From: Syntrophales bacterium
GTDB lineage: Bacteria > Desulfobacterota > Syntrophia > Syntrophales > UBA5619
Direction of reading: 5' to 3'
Length of the DNA stretch: 64,000 nt
NCBI GenBank assembly: GCA_023229765.1
Contig: JALNYO010000001.1
Location: 66,569-130,568 of the forward strand
The notes below the pieces were generated by a model. That model saw nothing but the letters and a program-made list of their open reading frames with translations, had not been told where the DNA came from and searched no databases. The position numbers and the translations under genes were made by a program. Each line of letters opens with the position of its first letter. The stretch's first letter is position 1. Of the stretch, positions 1 to 9,000 are shown piece by piece.

Positions 1-1206
1 GTTCTGCAGAAAAAGGATAAAGGTCGGCGGTTTTACCGAGACCTGGGTTATGTATTTGAAGAGGCGCGGCTGGTCGCCCATCCCCGGGGGGGGGTGCATT
101 TCGATAATCTGACGCATTTTTCTGTTTAACTCGCCCGTTTCAACTCTCTGGGAATACTGGGCGTAAATTTTCTCGACAAGGGGAAAAATTTTTTCAACCC
201 TTTGGCCGGAGGTAGCCGAGACGAAAATAATGGGGGCAAAATCCAGAAACTTGGCCTTGTAACGGATGTCTTCGGTATATTCGGGAACGCTGCTGTTGTC
301 CTTTTTTATCGTGTCCCATTTGTTGACGACGATAATGCAGGCGGTCCCTCGCTCGAGCACAAGGCCGGCTATTTTCAGTTCCTGATCGCTGATTCCATCT
401 ACGGCATCGATCATCAGCAGGGCGATGTCGGCCCGTTCGATTGCCTTGATGGCCTGAACGATCGAATATTTTTCCAGATTCAGGCTGATCCGGCTTTTGC
501 GGCGGATGCCGGCCGTGTCGATCAGCAGAAATTTTCTGCCGTTTCTGGTAAACTCGGTGTCGATGGCGTCCCGGGTCGTTCCAGGCAGCGGATTGACTAT
601 CGTTCGTTCATAGCCGAGTATCCGGTTGACCAGCGACGACTTGCCGGCATTGGGCTTGCCGATTACGGCGATCCGGATGACATCTTCATCACTCGGCGGC
701 GGCTCAGTTCCTTTGGGAATGAACTTGACGACGTCGTCCATCAATTCGTCAATGCCAACGCCATGTTGCGCGGAGACAGCGTAAAGCTGCTCGATTCCGA
801 GACGGTAGAAGTCGGCGATCAGGGTTTCGTACCGGGGGCCGTCGATTTTATTGACAGCGTAAAAGACCAGCTTGTCCGTTGTTCTCAGCAGTTTTGCGAT
901 CTCCTGATCTGCGGGCGCAAGGCCGTCCCGGCTGTCCATCAAAAAGATGATGATGTCGGCTTCCTCAATGGCAAGCATGGTCTGCTCGCGCATCTGGGTC
1001 AGAATCTCCGTAGTCGAGGCGGGTTCAAAACCGCCGGTGTCGATCAGGATGAAAGGGTGGTCCAGCCAGTTGCAATCGGCATAGTTTCTGTCGCGAGTGG
1101 CCCCCGGTTCGTCGATAACGATGGCCTTCCCCCGGCGATGCAGGCGGTTGAACAGGGTTGATTTGCCGACGTTGGGTCGGCCAATGATCGCGATTACTGG
1201 TTTCAT
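1..1206 (-). CDS. der: GTPase Der/EngA; the C-terminus runs off the window start
   Basis: Reverse translation from ATG at 1206 reads MKPVIAIIGRPNVGKSTLFNRLHRRGKAIVIDEPGATRDRNY (P-loop and TRDR motif). The frame stays open to base 1, where it reads FKYITQVSVKPPTFILF (KH-domain motif). It is absent from the ORF track because there is no stop in the window. ORF 202..1161 + is its antisense shadow. Confidence 0.93.
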   Translation of the reverse strand, partial: MKPVIAIIGRPNVGKSTLFNRLHRRGKAIVIDEPGATRDRNYADCNWLDHPFILIDTGGFEPASTTEILTQMREQTMLAIEEADIIIFLMDSRDGLAPADQEIAKLLRTTDKLVFYAVNKIDGPRYETLIADFYRLGIEQLYAVSAQHGVGIDELMDDVVKFIPKGTEPPPSDEDVIRIAVIGKPNAGKSSLVNRILGYERTIVNPLPGTTRDAIDTEFTRNGRKFLLIDTAGIRRKSRISLNLEKYSIVQAIKAIERADIALLMIDAVDGISDQELKIAGLVLERGTACIIVVNKWDTIKKDNSSVPEYTEDIRYKAKFLDFAPIIFVSATSGQRVEKIFPLVEKIYAQYSQRVETGELNRKMRQIIEMHPPPGMGDQPRLFKYITQVSVKPPTFILFLQN

Positions 1207-1208
1207 AG

Positions 1209-1299
1209 TACGGTTCACAGCTCACAGCTCATAGTTTACGGTTGCCGGTTGCCGGTTTACGGTTGCCGGTTGCCGGTTGACGGTTTACGGTTCAGAGTT
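1209..1299. repeat. Tandem heptamer array, 13 units of NNCGGTT type (TACGGTT/GCCGGTT/GACGGTT, degenerate CACAGCT units at the left end)
   Basis: Counted unit by unit in the sequence. It fills the whole spacer between the der start codon (1206) and the stop of the four-helix-bundle gene (1292-1294). It is the reverse-complement family of the array at 1668-1821. Confidence 0.9.
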
Positions 1300-1642
1300 T
1301 TTTCAACGAACCATGCAATGATTGAAGCATTTTCGATATTGATTTCAACTCTTGAATTAATTCTTCAGCATCTGAATCAGAAAATATATGAACCTCACGT
1401 GAAATATAAATCTGTGTTCTCAGTTCCGCAGCCGATCCTTGTGCAATATTTACAAACCTTTGGAAATCCGGGATGCTCTTTCTTTCGCTTCCTTCCGCTA
1501 TATTTGATGGAATAGATATGGATGAGCGCAGCATTTGATCTCTTATTCCATAATCGCGGCAATCTCTTAATAATTTATAAAGACGTACTGATAATCTGCA
1601 AGACATTTTCCAAACTTCTAAATCTTCAAAAGAGGATCCCAC
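1292..1642 (-). CDS. Four-helix-bundle protein of the 23S rRNA intervening-sequence protein / Avd-like family
   Basis: 116 aa: FEDLEVWKMSCRLSVRLYKLL...IPSNIAEGSER...FVNIAQGSAAELRTQIYISRE. The DL.VW start and the NIAEG and GS..EL motifs are typical of this family (PF05635-type). The apparent start is GTG. Confidence 0.8.
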   Translation of the reverse strand: MGSSFEDLEVWKMSCRLSVRLYKLLRDCRDYGIRDQMLRSSISIPSNIAEGSERKSIPDFQRFVNIAQGSAAELRTQIYISREVHIFSDSDAEELIQELKSISKMLQSLHGSLKKL

Positions 1643-1667
1643 AAGCTTCCGCTCCCTCGCGCTTTTT

Positions 1668-1821
1668 CAACCGTCAACCGTCAACCGTCAACCGTTAACC
1701 GTCAACCGTCAACCGTCAACCGTCAACCGTTAACCGTCAACCGTCAACCATCAACCGTCAACCGTCAACCGTTAACCGTTAACCGTCAACCGTCAACCGT
1801 TAACCGTCAACCGTCAACCGT
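1668..1821. repeat. Tandem heptamer array, 22 units of CAACCGT/TAACCGT (one CAACCAT)
   Basis: 154 bp is exactly 22 x 7, counted in the sequence. It lies between the rdgC-like stop (1825) and the four-helix-bundle gene start. It is the reverse complement of the ACGGTTN units at 1209-1299. Confidence 0.95.
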
Positions 1822-1824
1822 TTT

Positions 1825-2940
1825 TCACGGTTGGGAAATCCATTTTTCCAGCCGTTCCTGCTCCTTTGCCCAGTCTGCTGTTTGCCGCAGATTCAAAAAC
1901 GAGTGGAAAAGGTTGTCCATTGTTGCCGCGGCCTTTTCAATCAGATAAATCCTCTCCAGGATTTGTCCCTCCCGGTCTTCCTCATCGTCCTCGGAAAGGG
2001 CGGGGAGCTTCATCGACTGAAAATGAAAACGGTCGGCCTTGAAGGTAAATTCCCACTCATCCTGGTCATGGGAGACCCGGAGCCGGGCCGTGGTGATCTT
2101 CTTTCCCTGCCGAAGCGCCTCTTTTCCCTCTTTAAGGTCGGCGTGCAGTCCCTGACAGATAATCGTTTCGGCGTACTCGCCCTCTCCTGATTCCAGAACC
2201 AGCCGCCGCAGAAAAATTATCTCGTCTTCCCCGCCGGCCGCGTTGCCGATAATGCCGTTTCGCTCCTCGCTTTTAAACCAGAGCCAGGTGAGAAACTCTC
2301 TGCCGATGGTCAGTGGATCGATGCCCGCCGGAAGCGATGGCGACGGCGCATCAAGGGTTTGAGACAGTGCGGGCGTTTCTTTTTGGGTAAGGCTTTTTTC
2401 TTCGCTGTTCCAGGGCGCATGGGGAAACAGCGACAATCCAAATGATTCCCGAAACATTTCCTGTAGTTCGCTGCCGATTTTGTCGGAGAGGGTGCAGAAA
2501 GTCAGCAGCCGGTCGGAGACCGACCAGCAGATTTCATAAAAGGCTGGGACAGGCAGGGTTTTTGCAAGCAATTCAAGTCTGACCGACTCACGGATCGCCT
2601 CGCGCTGTTCCCGGTAAAGCTTTTGCTGCCCACTTTCGGCAAGCGCTTTTCGCTCGGCCTCCATTACCCGGATTCGGAAGAGCGAGGGGGGAACAGACTT
2701 GCGGTCTATCCGGAGTGAAAAGAGCATGTATTTGCCCTGTGCATAAGCTGCGTAGGGGAAATCGGTGTCAAGACAGTTTTCAATCGCAATCCAGCCGGCT
2801 ATCTTTTCGTCCGCCGTGCGCCAACTGTCCTGAAAGGCAAAGCGTTTTATCCGTTCGTCAAAGAAATCATTAAAGCCGTCCGGCAGCGGACCGGTGATAC
2901 GATACCGTGAAAAAGTTACTGTTCCCTTCAAAAAACCCAT
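1825..2940 (-). CDS. rdgC: Recombination-associated protein RdgC-like
   Basis: MGFLKGTVTFSRYRITG...GW...RIDRKSVPPS...LYREQREAIRESVRLELLAKTLP...FRESFG follows the RdgC family layout. ATG at 2940 is preceded by GAGGAG, so the track start at 2961 (TTG) is less likely. Confidence 0.6.
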   Translation of the reverse strand: MGFLKGTVTFSRYRITGPLPDGFNDFFDERIKRFAFQDSWRTADEKIAGWIAIENCLDTDFPYAAYAQGKYMLFSLRIDRKSVPPSLFRIRVMEAERKALAESGQQKLYREQREAIRESVRLELLAKTLPVPAFYEICWSVSDRLLTFCTLSDKIGSELQEMFRESFGLSLFPHAPWNSEEKSLTQKETPALSQTLDAPSPSLPAGIDPLTIGREFLTWLWFKSEERNGIIGNAAGGEDEIIFLRRLVLESGEGEYAETIICQGLHADLKEGKEALRQGKKITTARLRVSHDQDEWEFTFKADRFHFQSMKLPALSEDDEEDREGQILERIYLIEKAAATMDNLFHSFLNLRQTADWAKEQERLEKWISQP

Positions 2941-3083
2941 AAACGTCTCCTCTATTTGCAAGGGACACTAACCTACTTGTCGGGATGATGTCAAGGTCTG
3001 TCTGGCGGAATTTCGATAATGCGGTTGGACAAAAGCGTTGTATTATGGTAGGAAAGCGCCCGAAATTATTTTATGGGAATCCG

Positions 3084-3977
3084 ATGACTATAAATAAGGT
3101 GGGAATAATCGCGAATACTGCCAAGGAAGGGTCAAGCGGTTATACGGTCGATCTGCGGAAATGGCTGCTCAAACGCGGTCTGGAGGTTTATCTCGAAGAG
3201 GGAATTGCCGCGGAAATAGGCCTTCTGGAACCTGAGAAAAGCAGGCTTTGGCTGCAGGCGGATCTGATCGTCGTGTTTGGCGGCGATGGAACGATACTGC
3301 GGACGGCCCGTTTGCTGTCGGAACACGATATCCCCATTGTCGGCGTCAACCTCGGCGTTTTTGGGTACCTCACCGAGGTGAACCTCGACGAGATGTACAG
3401 CGCGCTGGAGGAGATTCTTTCCGGAAGATTTCAGATCGAAACGCGGATGATGCTGCATGCGGAGATTCTGAAAGGCGATGCGCTTTTGCACGGGGGCTCG
3501 GTGCTCAATGACGTTGTCATCAATCGGGGCAATCTTTCCCGACTGGTGGAGCTGGAGACGTCGGTTGACGGCAGTTATCTGACGACCTTCAAGGCGGACG
3601 GCCTGATTGTGGCAACCCCGACCGGCTCCACTGCCTACTCTCTTGCCGCGGGGGGACCAATTGTTTTTCCGGAGCTGGGGTCCATCATCATAAATCCCAT
3701 CTGTCCCCACACGCTGACAAACAGGCCGGTGATCCTGCCGGAAGATGCTGTCGTGGAGGTGATCCTCAATACCCAGGAATCGGGGGCGACGGTCACCATG
3801 GACGGGCAGATATCTTTTCCGATAAATTATAAGGACAGGGTTTTAATTAAAAGATCAGAACAGGTAACGAAACTGGTTTCCTCTCCCCAGCGAGGCTATC
3901 TGGAAATTTTGAGGACTAAATTGGGATGGGGCGGCTCCCAGACAGGACTCTCCCGCAAAGAAACCGATGCTATCTGA
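3084..3977 (+). CDS. nadK: NAD+ kinase
   Basis: GGDGTILRTARLL, NLGVFGYLTE and DGLIVATPTGSTAYSLAAGGPIV motifs. Start chosen at ATG 3084 (MTINKVGIIAN). The ORF is open from 2985. Confidence 0.9.
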   Translation: MTINKVGIIANTAKEGSSGYTVDLRKWLLKRGLEVYLEEGIAAEIGLLEPEKSRLWLQADLIVVFGGDGTILRTARLLSEHDIPIVGVNLGVFGYLTEVNLDEMYSALEEILSGRFQIETRMMLHAEILKGDALLHGGSVLNDVVINRGNLSRLVELETSVDGSYLTTFKADGLIVATPTGSTAYSLAAGGPIVFPELGSIIINPICPHTLTNRPVILPEDAVVEVILNTQESGATVTMDGQISFPINYKDRVLIKRSEQVTKLVSSPQRGYLEILRTKLGWGGSQTGLSRKETDAI

Positions 3978-5646
3978 GTTGAATATCCGCGATTTCGCCA
4001 TTATCGACGAACTGCAGGTGAGATTCACCGAAGGTCTGACCGTTATTTCCGGGGAGACGGGGGCGGGGAAGTCGATTCTTATCGGTGCGGTGGGGCTCCT
4101 TCTGGGGGAGAGGGCGAGCGCCGACATGATCCGTTCCCTGAAGGACGAGGCGGTTGTCGAGGCTCTTTTTGATATTCGCGGGCAAAAGACCCTGCAGGCA
4201 AGGATTAGCGAAATGGGGTTTGGAGAAGCAGACGAGATAATTATTCGTCGGGTGGTTTCCCGTTCCGGAAAGAACCGTGTTTATATCAACGGCCGGATCG
4301 GGGCGCTGTCTTCGCTGGCCGAAATCGGGGAATCGCTGATCAATATCTGCTCTCAGAATGCCCATCAAACGATCCTGCAGACGGATAACCAGATAGATAT
4401 ACTTGATGAATTTGGCAGCCTTTTGCCGCTACGCGAGGAATATCGAAAAATCTACGACTATTATCGCCTGCTGGGAGGCGAATTGCGTCTCCTTGAGGAG
4501 AAACAGGGCAAGCGGGCCGAGCGGGAGGAACTGCTGCGCTATCAAATTGAGGAGATCGGCCGCGCCGAGATCCTGGCCGGCGAAGATGCGGCCCTCTCCG
4601 AGGAAAAGAATATCCTCATCAATATTCAGAAGCTTTCGAATCTGTCGCAGTCAGCTTATGAATCACTTTATTCTAAAGAGGAATCAGTGCTTGCCGGGCT
4701 GCACGAGGTAGTTGCCGCGGTTAAGGAAATAAGAAAGATCGATCCTTCCCTGGGATTGTCAGGGCAGGAAATGGATGAATTTTATTACCGGATTGAGGAG
4801 GCGGCCCTGACGCTTCGCGATTACGCCAATCATCTTGCGTTCGATCCACTCCGGCTGGAGGCGATTGAAGAGCGACTGGAGCTTTTGGGGAACTTGAAAA
4901 GGAAATACGGGGGAACCCTCTTGGCTGTTTTGGAAAAATTTGGTGATGCGAAGAAGGAGATAGAAGCGATTTCGACGGTGGAGGATGAGATAACAGTACT
5001 GGCGGGCCGCATCGCTGAGGAAAAGAAACGGTTATGGGCGGCGGCGGCGGAGCTTTCCGCGCAGAGACGACAGGCCGCGTCGGTATTGATGAGTTCAGTC
5101 GAGGATGAGATCAGATCCTTGAGAATGGACAATGCCAGATTTGCGGTTGTTTTTCATGAACGCGAAAAAAGTAACGGTGAGGACGCTCCCCATGAGAAGG
5201 GGAACGATTTCCCGGAATTTTACCTGGCGGCGAATGTCGGCGAAGAGCTGAAACCACTGCGGAATGTGGCATCCGGCGGAGAGCTTTCCCGGATCATGCT
5301 CGCCTTTAAAAAGGTTTTGGCGACGACCGGTTCAGTAGGAACGATCGTTTTCGATGAGGTGGACAGCGGAATCGGCGGGGCGACAGCGGAGATCGTCGGC
5401 AAAAGACTTCAGGAAGTTGCCCGTAGTCATCAGGTCATCTGTATAACGCATCTCCCCCAGATTGCCTGCCGCGGGGAGCGTCATTATCTGGCAGCCAAAC
5501 ATGTTATTGAAAACCGAACGAGTACCAGTGTCTCCATTCTTTCTGATGATGAACGCGTCGAAGAGATAGCCCGAATGTTGGGCGGGGTGGAGTTGACTAA
5601 AAAAACGAGAGAGCACGCCCGGGAGATGCTTTTTACCGCCCGGTAA
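3967..5646 (+). CDS. recN: DNA repair protein RecN
   Basis: MLSELNIRDFAIIDEL...ISGETGAGKSILIGAVGLLLGERA, a long coiled-coil middle and a C-terminal ASGGELSRIMLA...FDEVDSGIGG. The nadK-recN synteny is conserved. Confidence 0.95.
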   Translation: MLSELNIRDFAIIDELQVRFTEGLTVISGETGAGKSILIGAVGLLLGERASADMIRSLKDEAVVEALFDIRGQKTLQARISEMGFGEADEIIIRRVVSRSGKNRVYINGRIGALSSLAEIGESLINICSQNAHQTILQTDNQIDILDEFGSLLPLREEYRKIYDYYRLLGGELRLLEEKQGKRAEREELLRYQIEEIGRAEILAGEDAALSEEKNILINIQKLSNLSQSAYESLYSKEESVLAGLHEVVAAVKEIRKIDPSLGLSGQEMDEFYYRIEEAALTLRDYANHLAFDPLRLEAIEERLELLGNLKRKYGGTLLAVLEKFGDAKKEIEAISTVEDEITVLAGRIAEEKKRLWAAAAELSAQRRQAASVLMSSVEDEIRSLRMDNARFAVVFHEREKSNGEDAPHEKGNDFPEFYLAANVGEELKPLRNVASGGELSRIMLAFKKVLATTGSVGTIVFDEVDSGIGGATAEIVGKRLQEVARSHQVICITHLPQIACRGERHYLAAKHVIENRTSTSVSILSDDERVEEIARMLGGVELTKKTREHAREMLFTAR

Positions 5647-5675
5647 ATTATTGAAAAGATGACAAGGGATGAAAA

Positions 5676-6134
5676 ATGCTTAGAAAAGCGCGCATAGGCG
5701 ACGTAAAGACCATTCACAGGCTGATCAATATCTCCGCCGGCAAGGGGGAGATGCTGCCCCGTTCGCTAATGGACATATACGGAAGCCTGAGGGATTTTTT
5801 TGTCTATTACAACGAAAGAGACGGTGAGATTGTCGGCACCTGCGCAATGAACATAACCTGGGAAAACCTCGCCGAAATTAGATCCCTTAACGTTGCAGAA
5901 GAGCGGAGACGAGAGGGGATTGGACGCAAACTGGTCGAAGCCTGCATATCCGAGGCGGTTACGCTGGAACTCTATCGGATATTCGCGCTTACATACCAGC
6001 GGGAGTTCTTTCTGAAGCTGGGTTTTCAGTATGTAGATCGCGATACCCTGCCGCAAAAGGTATGGTCGGACTGTTTGCGTTGTCCCAAATATCCCGATTT
6101 CTGCGATGAAATATCAATGATATTGGAGCTTTGA
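5676..6134 (+). CDS. GNAT family N-acetyltransferase (short ArgA-like)
   Basis: 152 aa with RREGIGRKLVEAC (acetyl-CoA binding Q/RxxGxG/A motif) and the typical GNAT length. Confidence 0.75.
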   Translation: MLRKARIGDVKTIHRLINISAGKGEMLPRSLMDIYGSLRDFFVYYNERDGEIVGTCAMNITWENLAEIRSLNVAEERRREGIGRKLVEACISEAVTLELYRIFALTYQREFFLKLGFQYVDRDTLPQKVWSDCLRCPKYPDFCDEISMILEL

Positions 6135-6251
6135 CATGTTTGAACGGCTGTATCGAACTGTGCTGCGGCAGCGTTGGGGAGGTAGAAAGGGTCTCTTCAA
6201 AAGGGGAAATCTATTTTTTCCTTGCCGAAATTTCATCGACCTTGCGGTTTG

Positions 6252-6430
6252 GGGCCTGTCCACAAATAACCTGAACATCTTGCATCTCATCTTTGGGCCA
6301 TCTTTGGCTGTGGCTCAATCACAAAATCCTCAACGTAGCGCTGCTACGTCTGCGGTTTTGTTCACTCGCCGCAACCAAATCCAACCCAAATCTGAGCGCA
6401 ATTTTGCCCAGGTTATTTGTGGACAGGCCC
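6252..6430. mobile_element. 179 bp MITE-like element with perfect 22 bp terminal inverted repeats (copy 1)
   Basis: It starts GGGCCTGTCCACAAATAACCTG and ends CAGGTTATTTGTGGACAGGCCC. Its reverse complement matches 9571-9749 with 4 mismatches by manual alignment. There is an internal 7 bp hairpin, ACGTAGC-gct-GCTACGT. Confidence 0.8.
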
Positions 6431-6756
6431 TTATTGACTAAGTTGCAGGGAGATATTTGGCGCAACCGACGAAATATTTATTAAAAAATTCATTTTTTTC
6501 TTGATTCCTGTATCTCTTTGTGTTAGCAGGCAGGCAAACTATCAGCATTCTTTCGTTCCTTTTTTTATTGAGATAATAAGAGTTTGAAATTTGGGCTTGT
6601 TACAGCACAGCATTTGAAACGTTTCCCTGCTTATTTTAGCAGGCAAGGATGGTTCAGGGCGTTAGTCTTACAAGCGCTTCGCGGCAGTTATTAACCCACC
6701 AGAGGGGTGGTGACATTGTAATCCATCAAACCATTATTGAAAGGGGGAAAACAGGG

Positions 6757-7029
6757 ATGACAAAAGCGGAATTGATTGCGGTAATAGCGGAAGAGGCTGA
6801 AATCACCAAAGCTGCGGCGGCAAAGGCTCTTGAGGCCTACGTGGGAACGGTAGCAAAGGAACTCAAGAAAAACGGCAAGATCGGACTGGTCGGATTTGGC
6901 GCTTTTTCGGTTGTCAAGAGGAAGGCGCGCGAAGGCAGAAACCCGCAGACCGGCAAGAAGATCAAGATCCCGGCCAAGAAGGTGGTTAAGTTCAAGGTTG
7001 GCAAGGATCTGGCCAGCAAAGTAAAGTAG
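6757..7029 (+). CDS. hup: DNA-binding protein HU
   Basis: MTKAELIAVIAEE...GFGAFSVVKRKAREGRNPQTGKKIKIPA. ATG 6757 is preceded by AAGGGGGA. The track ORF start at 6649 is an upstream extension. Confidence 0.93.
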   Translation: MTKAELIAVIAEEAEITKAAAAKALEAYVGTVAKELKKNGKIGLVGFGAFSVVKRKAREGRNPQTGKKIKIPAKKVVKFKVGKDLASKVK

Positions 7030-7056
7030 TTTTCGTAACTAAAAAAAATTAAAAGA

Positions 7057-7090
7057 GGCTCCCATCGCGGCAAGGGGGCCTTTTTTATTT
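7057..7090 (+). terminator. Rho-independent terminator after hup
   Basis: GGCTCCC-10 nt loop-GGGGGCC (7 bp including one G-U) followed by TTTTTTATTT. It is followed at once by a second perfect 10 bp hairpin, GGGGACAGAT-ttgca-ATCTGTCCCC (7091-7115). Confidence 0.6.
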
Positions 7091-7120
7091 GGGGACAGAT
7101 TTGCAATCTGTCCCCATTCA

Positions 7121-7150
7121 TTGACACGACCGGACATTTCTGCTATGAAC
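7121..7150 (+). promoter_or_regulatory. Candidate sigma70 promoter for trpS
   Basis: TTGACA (7121-7126), an 18 nt spacer, then TATGAA (7145-7150). Confidence 0.3.
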
Positions 7151-7241
7151 CCCACGGTTTTTAATCATTTTGATAGTATTTCCCCAGTGTTCATCGGCGA
7201 TTATCAGCGAAAGGGAAACAGCTAACACAAAGGAGGTTTTT

Positions 7242-8243
7242 TTGTCTCGGAAAAGAATATTGAGCGGCATGCGGCCTACAGGGAAACTTCATCTCGGCAA
7301 TCTTCACGGGGCGCTTGCTAACTGGGTAAATTTGCAGAATCATGGCGATTACGAATGTTTTTATTTTGTTGCCGATTGGCACGCGCTTACCAGCGACTAC
7401 GCGACGACCGAAAATATAAGGGCCAATACAATTGATATGGTTATCGATTGGCTGGCCGCCGGCCTTGACCCGCGCCTAAGCACGCTGTTCATCCAGTCCT
7501 CGGTCAAGGAACATGCGGAACTCTTCCTCCTTTTATCCATGATCACCCCGCTGGCCTGGTTAGAGAGGAATCCCACCTACAAGGAGGTCAAGGAAGAGCT
7601 TGCCCAAAAGGATCTTTCGACATTCGGCTTTCTTGGATACCCGGTCCTGCAGGCAGCGGATATCATCATGTACAAGGCTTTCGGCGTTCCGGTCGGCATC
7701 GATCAGCTTCCCCACGTCGAGCTGACCCGCGAGATCGCCCGCCGTTTTAACTTTCTCTATGGCGAGATATTCCCGATTCCGGAGCCGCTCATGGCAGAGG
7801 TGCCGAAGCTTTTGGGTACGGACGGGCGAAAGATGAGCAAGTCTTACGACAACTCGATATTCATGAGTGACAAGGGCGCGGAGCTGAAAAAGAAGGTTGC
7901 GTCCATGTTCACCGATCCGCAGCGGCAGCGCAAAAGCGATCCCGGGCGCCCTGAACTCTGCAATGTTTATACCTTGCACGGGTTATATTCAGCGCCAGCA
8001 GAGGTGCTGGAGATAGCTGCCGCCTGCCGAAGTGCCGCCATTGGCTGCATCGAATGCAAAAGGCGGCTGGCTGAGGCTATCGCCGATGGCATGGGGCCCA
8101 TTCACGAAAGACGGGAACACTATCTTGCCCACCCCCAAGAGGTGCGGGAAATTATTGAGGACGGCAACATTCGGGCAGGTTGCATCGCCGCTTCGACCTT
8201 GGCCGAGGTGCGCGAAGCCATGAAGATAAAACATGAGTTATGA
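7242..8243 (+). CDS. trpS: Tryptophan--tRNA ligase
   Basis: ILSGMRPTGKLHLGNLHGAL (HIGH-type) and KMSKS motifs. TTG at 7242 is in frame and lies 7 nt after AAGGAGG. The track start at 7170 lacks an RBS. Confidence 0.93.
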   Translation: MSRKRILSGMRPTGKLHLGNLHGALANWVNLQNHGDYECFYFVADWHALTSDYATTENIRANTIDMVIDWLAAGLDPRLSTLFIQSSVKEHAELFLLLSMITPLAWLERNPTYKEVKEELAQKDLSTFGFLGYPVLQAADIIMYKAFGVPVGIDQLPHVELTREIARRFNFLYGEIFPIPEPLMAEVPKLLGTDGRKMSKSYDNSIFMSDKGAELKKKVASMFTDPQRQRKSDPGRPELCNVYTLHGLYSAPAEVLEIAAACRSAAIGCIECKRRLAEAIADGMGPIHERREHYLAHPQEVREIIEDGNIRAGCIAASTLAEVREAMKIKHEL

Positions 8244-9000
8244 GATCAAACTCGATGTCTTTGAAGGTCCGCTCGATCTTTTGCTTTATTTGATCCGGAA
8301 GAACGAGATTGACATCTACAATATCCCGGTAGCCCTCATTACCAGTCAGTATCTCGGATATCTTGGCGAAATGCGTTCCCTGAATCTCGATCTGGCCGGA
8401 GAATATCTGGTAATGGCGGCGACGCTTGCCCATATCAAATCACGGATGCTGCTGCCTGTGACAGATGAGGGCGGCGATGAGGAGGAAGGGGGGGAGGACC
8501 CCCGCGCGGAACTGGTCAAACAGCTTCTGGAGTATCAGGTTTACAAGGAAGCTGCCGGGCTTCTTTCCGCCCGGCCTCTTCTCGAAAGGGATGTGTTTAA
8601 ACTGGGCGCTTATCCGGAGATGCTTCCCGCTCCGGAAAAAATGGAGATGGGCGTGCTGGAGGTCGATCTTTTTGAACTTGTGGAGGCTTTCCGCCGGATT
8701 GTTGCCGGTCTCGAAGTCGGGGAAGGGCTCGAGTTCAGCACCGAAAAACTTTCTCTGGCCGAGCGGATCAACGAAATTATGGAGATTCTGGCTAGGGAGG
8801 GGCAGATTTCCTTTTCTGAACTGGTCATAGACAAAACCCATAGAAAAATGGTAGTTTATACATTCCTTGCCATTCTGGAGCTTATAAAATTACGGATGGC
8901 AAAGGTGCGCCAGGCAGCGCCGTTTGGCGAGATAAGGCTTTTTCTGGCTGTCAAAGAGGAACTGGAAGCACCGAAGATGTTGGAAAATGCCGAGGTGTGA
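8233..9000 (+). CDS. scpA: Segregation and condensation protein A
   Basis: YEIKLDVFEGPLDLLLYLIRKNEIDIYNIPVALITSQYL is the canonical ScpA N-terminus. Confidence 0.93.
   Translation: MSYEIKLDVFEGPLDLLLYLIRKNEIDIYNIPVALITSQYLGYLGEMRSLNLDLAGEYLVMAATLAHIKSRMLLPVTDEGGDEEEGGEDPRAELVKQLLEYQVYKEAAGLLSARPLLERDVFKLGAYPEMLPAPEKMEMGVLEVDLFELVEAFRRIVAGLEVGEGLEFSTEKLSLAERINEIMEILAREGQISFSELVIDKTHRKMVVYTFLAILELIKLRMAKVRQAAPFGEIRLFLAVKEELEAPKMLENAEV

Noticed and set aside
86-94. Homopolymer G/C runs of 8-10 nt inside coding regions (e.g. 86-94 in der, 16006-16014 in znuC, 51247-51256 in cdsA, 60115-60122 in ispG) as possible phase-variation or frameshift sites
   Set aside because: All reading frames stay intact through them and encode sensible conserved Gly/Pro residues (for example the GGGK Walker A). 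There is no evidence of slippage in this sequence.
202-1161. 319-aa + strand ORF in the track
   Set aside because: It is antisense to der. The minus-strand frame gives an unmistakable Der/EngA sequence, while the + frame has no recognisable motifs and a skewed composition typical of a shadow ORF.
1668-1821. Heptamer arrays considered as a CRISPR array
   Set aside because: The units are 7 nt, contiguous and have no spacers, and there are no cas genes. This is a simple tandem repeat, not CRISPR.
6136-6441. 101-aa ORF and its look-alike at 9536..9751 (shared GLSTNNLNILHLIFGPSLAVAQ...)
   Set aside because: The shared peptide is only the translation of the 179 bp TIR repeat. The two ORFs enter and leave the repeat differently and have no RBS.
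7030-7241. T-box leader upstream of trpS
   Set aside because: The space between the hup terminator/hairpins and the trpS start is too short. I could not find a T-box consensus (AANNNGGTGNNACCNCG) or a specifier-loop arrangement.
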